Of a stretch of 64,000 bases of DNA, positions 56,101-64,000 are shown piece after piece. Positions within the stretch are counted from its first letter, which is position 1. Each line of letters begins with the position of its first letter. The translations under genes were made by a program, and so were the position numbers. The stretch is from the human T2T-CHM13v2.0 reference genome, Homo sapiens: NCBI RefSeq assembly GCF_009914755.1, contig NC_060945.1; one strand, 5' to 3'. The notes beneath the pieces were generated by a model. The model was not told the origin of the DNA. It searched no databases and worked only from the letters and a program-made list of their open reading frames with translations.

Positions 56101-59100
56101 ATCTTCAACTCTATGAGTTGAATGCAGACATCAGAAAGAAATTTCTGAGAATGCTGCTGTCTACCTTTTATTTGAATTCCCGCTTCCAACGAAATCCTCC
56201 AAGCTATCCAAATATCCACTTGCAGATTCCACAAAAAGAGTGTTTCAAAACTGCTCTCTATCAATGGCAAAGTTCAACTCTGTTAGTTGAGGACACATAT
56301 CACCAACAAGTTTCTGAGAATGCTTCTGTCTATTTTTTATGGGAAGATATTTCCTTTTTCACCGTAGGCGTCAAGGCGTTCGAAATGTCCACTTCCACAA
56401 ACTACAAAAAGAGTGTTTCAAACCTGCTCTATGAAAGGCCATGTTCATCTCTATGAGTTGAATGGAAATATCCGAAAGAAATTTCTGGGAATGCTGCTGT
56501 CTAGTGTTTATACGAATTCCCGCTTCCAACGAAATCCTCAAAGCAATCCAAATATCCACTTGCAGAATCCACAAAAAGAGTGTTTCAAAACTGCTCTATC
56601 AATAGAAAGGTTCAACTCTTTTAGTTGAGTACACACATCACGAACAAGTTTCTGAGAATGCTTCTGTCTGGCTTTTATTGGAAGACGTTTCCTTTTCACC
56701 AAAGGCATCAAAGCGCTCCAAATGTCCACTTCCAGATTCTTCCAAAAGAGTGTTTCAAACGTGCTCAAAGTAAGGGAATGTTCAACTCTGTGACTTGAAT
56801 GCAGATATCACCAAGTAGTTTCTAATAGTGCTTCTGTCTAGATTTCAGATGATGATATTCCCGTTTCCAACGAAATCGTTAGAGCTAAGCAAATATCCAG
56901 TTACAGTTTCTACCAAAAGGGTGTTTCCAAATTGCTGCATCAAAAGAAAGGTTCAACTCTGTTAGTTGAGGACACACATCACAAAGAAGTTTGTGAGAAT
57001 GCTTCTGTCTAGATTTTGTATGACGATATTCCCTTTTCCAACGATATCGTTAAAGCAATCTAAATATCAATTTGCAGAATCCACAAAAATAGAGTTTCAA
57101 AGCTGCTCTGTAAAAAGAAAGGTTCCACTCTGTTAGCTGAGTACACACATCACAAACTTGTTTCTGAGAATCCTTCTGTCTCGTTTTTATGGGAAGATAT
57201 TTACTTTTCCACCGTAGGCATCAAAGCGCTCCAAATGTCCACATCCAGATACTCCAGAACGAGTGTTTCAAACCTGCTCTATGAAAGGGAATCTTCAACT
57301 CTATGAGTTGAATGCAGACATCAGAAAGAAATTTCTGAGAATGCTGCTGTCTACCTTTTATTTGAATTCCCGCTTCCAACGAAATCCTCCAAGCTATCCA
57401 AATATCCACCTGCATTTTCCACAACAAGAGTGTTTCAAAACTGCTCTATCAATAGAAATGTTCAACTCCTTTGGCTGGGTACACACATCACAAACAAGTT
57501 TCTGAGCATGCTTCTGTCTAGTTTTTATGGGAAGACATTCCCTTTTTCACCAAAGGCATCAAAGCGCTCCAAATGTCCACTTCCAGACACTACAAAAAGA
57601 GTGTTTCAAACGTGCTCTAAGAAAACGAATGTTCAACTCTGTGACTTGAATGCAGATATCACAGAGTAGTTTCTGAGAGGGCTTCTGTCTAGATTTTAGA
57701 TGATGATATTCCCGTTTCCAACGAAATCATTAGAGCTATCCAAATATCCACTTACAGTTTCTACAAAAAGAGTGTTTCCAAACTGCTGCATCAAAAGAGA
57801 GGTTCCACTCTGTTAGCTGAGTACACACATCACAAACTTGTTTCTCAGAATCCTTCTGTCTCGTTTTTATGGGAAGATATTTACTTTTTCACCGTAGGCA
57901 TCAAAGCGCTCCAAATGTCCACATCCAGATACTCCAGAAAGAGTGTTTCAAACCTGCTCTATGAAAGGGAATCTTCAACTCTATGAGTTGAATGCAGACA
58001 TCAGAAAGAAATTTCTGAGAATGCTGCTGTCTACCTTTTATTTGAATTCCCGCTTCCAACGAAATCCTCCAAGCTATCCAAATATCCACTTGCAGATTCC
58101 ACAAAAAGAGTGTTTCAAAACTGCTCTCTATCAATGGCAAAGTTCAACTCTGTTAGTTGAGGACACATATCACCAACAAGTTTCTGAGAATGCTTCTGTC
58201 TATTTTTTATGGGAAGATATTTCCTTTTTCACCGTAGGCGTCAAGGCGATCGAAATGTCCACTTCCACAAACTACAAAAAGAGTGTTTCAAACCTGCTCT
58301 ATGAAAGGCCATGTTCATCTCTATGAGTTGAATGGAAATATCCGAAAGAAATTTCTGGGAATGCTGCTGTCTAGTGTTTATACGAATTCCCGCTTCCAAC
58401 GAAATCCTCAAAGCAATCCAAATATCCACTTGCAGAATCCACAAAAAGAGTGTTTCAAAACTGCTCTATCAATAGAAAGGTTCAACTCTTTTAGTTGAGT
58501 ACACACATCACGAACAAGTTTCTGAGAATGCTTCTGTCTGGCTTTTATTGGAAGACGTTTCCTTTTCACCAAAGGCATCAAAGCGCTCCAAATGTCCACT
58601 TCCAGATTCTTCCAAAAGAGTGTTTCAAACGTGCTCAAAGTAAGGGAATGTTCAACTCTGTGACTTGAATGCAGATATCACCAAGTAGTTTCTAATAGTG
58701 CTTCTGTCTAGATTTCAGATGATGATATTCCCGTTTCCAACGAAATCGTTAGAGCTATCCAAATATCCAGTTACAGTTTCTACCAAAAGGGTGTTTCCAA
58801 ATTGCTGCATCAAAAGAAAGGTTCAACTCTGTTAGTTGAGGACACACATCACAAAGAAGTTTGTGAGAATGCTTCTGTCTAGATTTTGTATGACGATATT
58901 CCCTTTTCCAACGATATCGTTAAAGCAATCTAAATATCAATTTGCAGAATCCACAAAAATAGAGTTTCAAAGCTGCTCTGTAAAAAGAAAGGTTCCACTC
59001 TGTTAGCTGAGTACACACATCACAAACTTGTTTCTGAGAATCCTTCTGTCTCGTTTTTATGGGAAGATATTTACTTTTCCACCGTAGGCATCAAAGCGCT

Positions 59101-62100
59101 CCAAATGTCCACATCCAGATACTCCAGAAAGACTGTTTCAAACCTGCTCTATGAAAGGGAATCTTCAACTCTATGAGTTGAATGCAGACATCAGAAAGAA
59201 ATTTCTGAGAATGCTGCTGTCTACCTTTTATTTGAATTCCCGCTTCCAACGAAATCCTCCAAGCTATCCAAATATCCACCTGCATTTTCCACAAAAAGAG
59301 TGTTTCAAAACTGCTCTATCAATAGAAATGTTCAACTCCTTTGGCTGGGTACACACATCACAAACAAGTTTCTGAGCATGCTTCTGTCTAGTTTTTATGG
59401 GAAGACATTCCCTTTTTCACCAAAGGCATCAAAGCGCTCCAAATGTCCACTTCCAGACACTACAAAAAGAGTGTTTCAAACGTGCTCTAAGAAAACGAAT
59501 GTTCAACTCTGTGACTTGAATGCAGATATCACAGAGTAGTTTCTGAGAGGGCTTCTGTCTAGATTTTAGATGATGATATTCCCGTTTCCAACGAAATCAT
59601 TAGAGCTATCCAAATATCCACTTACAGTTTCTACAAAAAGAGTGTTTCCAAACTGCTGCATCAAAAGAGAGGTTCCACTCTGTTAGCTGAGTACACACAT
59701 CACAAACTTGTTTCTCAGAATCCTTCTGTCTCGTTTTTATGGGAAGATATTTACTTTTTCACCGTAGGCATCAAAGCGCTCCAAATGTCCACATCCAGAT
59801 ACTCCAGAAAGAGTGTTTCAAACCTGCTCTATGAAAGGGAATCTTCAACTCTATGAGTTGAATGCAGACATCAGAAAGAAATTTCTGAGAATGCTGCTGT
59901 CTACCTTTTATTTGAATTCCCGCTTCCAACGAAATCCTCCAAGCTATCCAAATATCCACTTGCAGATTCCACAAAAAGAGTGTTTCAAAACTGCTCTCTA
60001 TCAATGGCAAAGTTCAACTCTGTTAGTTGAGGACACATATCACCAACAAGTTTCTGAGAATGCTTCTGTCTATTTTTTATGGGAAGATATTTCCTTTTTC
60101 ACCGTAGGCGTCAAGGCGATCGAAATGTCCACTTCCACAAACTACAAAAAGAGTGTTTCAAACCTGCTCTATGAAAGGCCATGTTCATCTCTATGAGTTG
60201 AATGGAAATATCCGAAAGAAATTTCTGGGAATGCTGCTGTCTAGTGTTTATACGAATTCCCGCTTCCAACGAAATCCTCAAAGCAATCCAAATATCCACT
60301 TGCAGAATCCACAAAAAGAGTGTTTCAAAACTGCTCTATCAATAGAAAGGTTCAACTCTTTTAGTTGAGTACACACATCACGAACAAGTTTCTGAGAATG
60401 CTTCTGTCTGGCTTTTATTGGAAGACGTTTCCTTTTCACCAAAGGCATCAAAGCGCTCCAAATGTCCACTTCCAGATTCTTCCAAAAGAGTGTTTCAAAC
60501 GTGGTCGAAGTAAGGGAATGTTCAACTCTGTGACTTGAATGCAGATATCACCAAGTAGTTTCTAATAGTGCTTCTGTCTAGATTTTAGATGATGATATTC
60601 CCGTTTCCAACGAAATCGTTAGAGCTAAGCAAATATCCAGTTACAGTTTCTACCAAAAGGGTGTTTCCAAATTGCTGCATCAAAAGAAAGGTTCAACTCT
60701 GTTAGTTGAGGACACACATCACAAAGAAGTTTGTGAGAATGCTTCTGTCTAGATTTTGTATGACGATATTCCCTTTTCCAACGATATCGTTAAAGCAATC
60801 TAAATATCAATTTGCAGAATCCACAAAAATAGCGTTTCAAAGCTGCTCTGTAAAAAGAAAGGTTCCACTCTGTTAGCTGAGTACACACATCACAAACTTG
60901 TTTCTGAGAATCCTTCTGTCTCGTTTTTATGGGAAGATATTTACTTTTCCACCGTAGGCATCAAAGCGCTCCAAATGTCCACATCCAGATACTCCAGAAC
61001 GAGTGTTTCAAACCTGCTCTATGAAAGGGAATCTTCAACTCTATGAGTTGAATGCAGACATCAGAAAGAAATTTCTGAGAATGCTGCTGTCTACCTTTTA
61101 TTTGAATTCCCGCTTCCAACGAAATCCTCCAAGCTATCCAAATATCCACCTGCATTTTCCACAACAAGAGTGTTTCAAAACTGCTCTATCAATAGAAATG
61201 TTCAACTCCTTTGGCTGGGTACACACATCACAAACAAGTTTCTGAGAATGCTTCTGTCTAGTTTTTATGGGAAGACGTTCCCTTTTTCACCAAAGGCATC
61301 AAAGCGCTCCAAATGTCCACTTCCAGACACTACAAAAAGAGTGTTTCCAACGTGCCCTAAGAAAGCGAATGTTCAACTCTGTGACTTGAATGCAGATATC
61401 ACAAAGTAGTTTCTGAGAGGGCTTCTGTCTAGATTTTAGATGATGATATTCCCGTTTCCAACGAAATCATTAGAGCTATCCAAATATCCACTTACAGTTT
61501 CTACAAAAAGAGTGTTTCCAAACTGCTGCATCAAAAGAGAGGTTCCACTCTGTTAGCTGAGTACACACATCACAAACTTGTTTCTCAGAATCCTTCTGTC
61601 TCGTTTTTATGGGAAGATATTTACTTTTTCACCGTAGGCATCAAAGCGCTCCAAATGTCCACATCCAGATACTCCAGAAAGAGTGTTTCAAACCTGCTCT
61701 ATGAAAGGGAATCTTCAACTCTATGAGTTGAATGCAGACATCAGAAAGAAATTTCTGAGAATGCTGCTGTCTACCTTTTATTTGAATTCCCGCTTCCAAC
61801 GAAATCCTCCAAGCTATCCAAATATCCACTTGCAGATTCCACAAAAAGAGTGTTTCAAAACTGCTCTCTATCAATGGCAAAGTTCAACTCTGTTAGTTGA
61901 GGACACATATCACCAACAAGTTTCTGAGAATGCTTCTGTCTATTTTTTATGGGAAGATATTTCCTTTTTCACCGTAGGCGTCAAGGCGATCGAAATGTCC
62001 ACTTCCACAAACTACAAAAAGAGTGTTTCAAACCTGCTCTATGAAAGGCGATGTTCATCTCTATGAGTTGAATGGAAATATCCGAAAGAAATTTCTGGGA

Positions 62101-62730
62101 ATGCTGCTGTCTAGTGTTTATACGAATTCCCGCTTCCAACGAAATCCTCAAAGCAATCCAAATATCCACTTGCAGAATCCACAAAAAGAGTGTTTCAAAA
62201 CTGCTCTATCAATAGAAAGGTTCAACTCTTTTAGTTGAGTACACACATCACGAACAAGTTTCTGAGAATGCTTCTGTCTGGCTTTTATTGGAAGACGTTT
62301 CCTTATCACCAAAGGCATCAAAGCGCTCCAAATGTCCACTTCCAGATTCTTCCAAAAGAGTGTTTCAAACGTGCTCAAAGTAAGGGAATGTTCAACTCTG
62401 TGACTTGAATGCAGATATCACCAAGTAGTTTCTAATAGTGCTTCTGTCTAGATTTTAGATGATGATATTCCCGTTTCCAACGAAATCGTTAGAGCTATCC
62501 AAATATCCAGTTACAGTTTCTACAAAAAGAGTGTTTCCAAACTGCTGCATCAAAAGAAAGGTTCAACTCTGTTAGTTGAGGACACACATCACAAAGAAGT
62601 TTGTGAGAATGCTTCTGTCTAGATTTTGTATGACGATATTCCCTTTTCCAACGATATCGTTAAAGCAATCTAAATATCAATTTGCAGAATCCACAAAAAT
62701 AGAGTTTCAAAGCTGCTCTGTAAAAATAAA

Positions 62731-64000
62731 AGTTCCACTCTGTTAGCTGAGTACACACATCACAAACTTGTTTCTGAGAATCCTTCTGTCTCGTTTTTAT
62801 GGGAAGATATTTACTTTTTCACCGTAGGCATCAAAGCGCTCCAAATGTCCACATCCAGATACTCCAGAAAGACTGTTTCAAACCTGCTCTATGAAAGGGA
62901 ATCTTCAACTCTATGAGTTGAATGCAGACATCAGAAAGAAATTTCTGAGAATGCTGCTGTCTACCTTTTATTTGAATTCCCGCTTCCAACGAAATCCTCC
63001 AAGCTATCCAAATATCCACTTGCATTTTCCACAAAAAGAGTGTTTCAAAACTGCTCTATCAATAGAAATGTTCAACTCCTTTAGCTGGGTACACACATCA
63101 CAAACAAGTTTCTGAGAATGCTTCTGTCTAGTTTTTATGGGAAGACGTTCCCTTTTTCACCAAAGGCATCAAAGCGCTCCAAATGTCCACTTCCAGACAC
63201 TACAAAAAGAGTGTTTCAAACGTGCTCTAAGAAAGCGAATGTTCAACTCTGTGACTTGAATGCAGATATCACAAAGTAGTTTCTGAGAGGGCTTCTGTCT
63301 AGATTTTAGATGATGATATTCCCGTTTCCAACGAAATCATTAGAGCTATCCAAATATCCACTTACAGTTTCTATAAAAAGAGTGTTTCCAAACTGCTGCA
63401 TCAAAAGAGAGGTTCCACTCTGTTAGCCGAGTACACACATCACAAACTTGTTTCTCAGAATCCTTCTGTCTCGTTTTTATGGGAAGATATTTACTTTTCC
63501 ACCGTAGGCATCAAAGCGCTCCAAATGTCCACATCCAGATACTCCAGAAAGAGTGTTTCAAACCTGCTCTATGAAAGGGAATCTTCAACTCTATGAGTTG
63601 AATGCAGACATCAGAAAGAAATTTCTGAGAATGCTGCTGTCTACCTTTTATTTGAATTCCCGCTTCCAACGAAATCCTCCAAGCTATCCAAATATCCACC
63701 TGCATTTTCCACAACAAGAGTGTTTCAAAACTGCTCTATCAATAGAAATGTTCAACTCCTTTGGCTGGGTACACACATCACAAACAAGTTTCTGAGCATG
63801 CTTCTGTCTAGTTTTTATGGGAAGACATTCCCTTTTTCACCAAAGGCATCAAAGCGCTCCAAATGTCCACTTCCAGACACTACAAAAAGAGTGTTTCAAA
63901 CGTGCTCTAAGAAAACGAATGTTCAACTCTGTGACTTGAATGCAGATATCACAGAGTAGTTTCTGAGAGGGCTTCTGTCTAGATTTTAGATGATGATATT
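62731..64000 (-). repeat. Structural HOR variant: two consecutive 4-monomer (680 bp) segments; register shift near 63457-63498
   Basis: At 63691 the sequence reads tgcattttccacaacaagag...ctctatcaatagaaatg (first-copy continuation) where the canonical unit has tgcagattcc...ctctctatcaatggc. The ORF track shows the same 680-bp repeat (62831 then 63511). Confidence 0.93.

Larger units (their letters stand above)
1..64000 (-). repeat. Centromeric alpha-satellite higher-order repeat array (11-mer, 1870 bp unit), SF2 dimeric type, most likely human D21Z1/D13Z1; truncated at both window ends
   Basis: Seen in sequence: text at 1 recurs at 1871, 3741, 5611 and onward, and the ORF track repeats with exact 1870-bp offsets up to ~63 kb. 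~170-bp monomers carry typical alphoid motifs (tttctgagaatgcttctgtct, aaagagtgtttcaaa, gttcaactctgt). Established knowledge: an 11-mer with 5 CENP-B boxes and a 680-bp EcoRI fragment fits alpha21-I/alphaRI. The alphoid call is essentially certain; the chr13/21 family assignment is from memory, not a search. Confidence 0.97.

Noticed and set aside
18-63959. About 230 short ORFs (63-127 aa) on both strands
   Set aside because: They recur at the repeat period, overlap each other in multiple frames, often start at non-ATG codons, appear and disappear with single SNVs, and have no recognisable domains. They are translations of alpha satellite.
1-64000. Embedded L1/Alu insertion, inversion or non-alphoid island
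   Set aside because: The register is unbroken to ~63.46 kb, all boxes are on the same strand, and no poly-A tail or foreign sequence was seen.
1-64000. Synthetic alphoid array (human artificial chromosome construct)
   Set aside because: No tetO/lacO or vector sequence, and the units show natural haplotype diversity rather than clonal identity.
1-64000. A previously undescribed biological system
   Set aside because: Everything seen is explained by a known centromeric satellite family and its known turnover processes; only the local haplotype arrangement may be undescribed.

Overview
The whole 64 kb window is primate centromeric alpha-satellite DNA: ~170-bp monomers organised into a highly homogeneous 11-monomer higher-order repeat (HOR) of exactly 1870 bp. 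It is in reverse orientation, so the CENP-B boxes read on the minus strand. The unit has 5 intact CENP-B boxes plus 1 degenerate box, alternating with pJ-alpha-type monomers, and EcoRI fragments of 340, 850 and 680 bp. This matches my recollection of the human suprachromosomal family 2 D21Z1/D13Z1 array (alpha21-I, alphaRI-680); I cannot separate chr13 from chr21 with certainty. There are 33 complete in-register HORs, then a 34th that switches at ~63.46-63.50 kb into a second 4-mer, most simply explained by a 7-monomer (1190 bp) deletion. SNV haplotypes show layered super-periods: 2-HOR (3740 bp), 4-HOR (7480 bp), a run of 5 near-identical units, and mosaic recombinant units. All listed ORFs are artefacts of the repeat. 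I found no genes, mobile elements, CRISPR array or new biological system; what is interesting is the array's internal structure and evolution. All variant calls were made by eye, helped by the ORF track, and need confirming by alignment.
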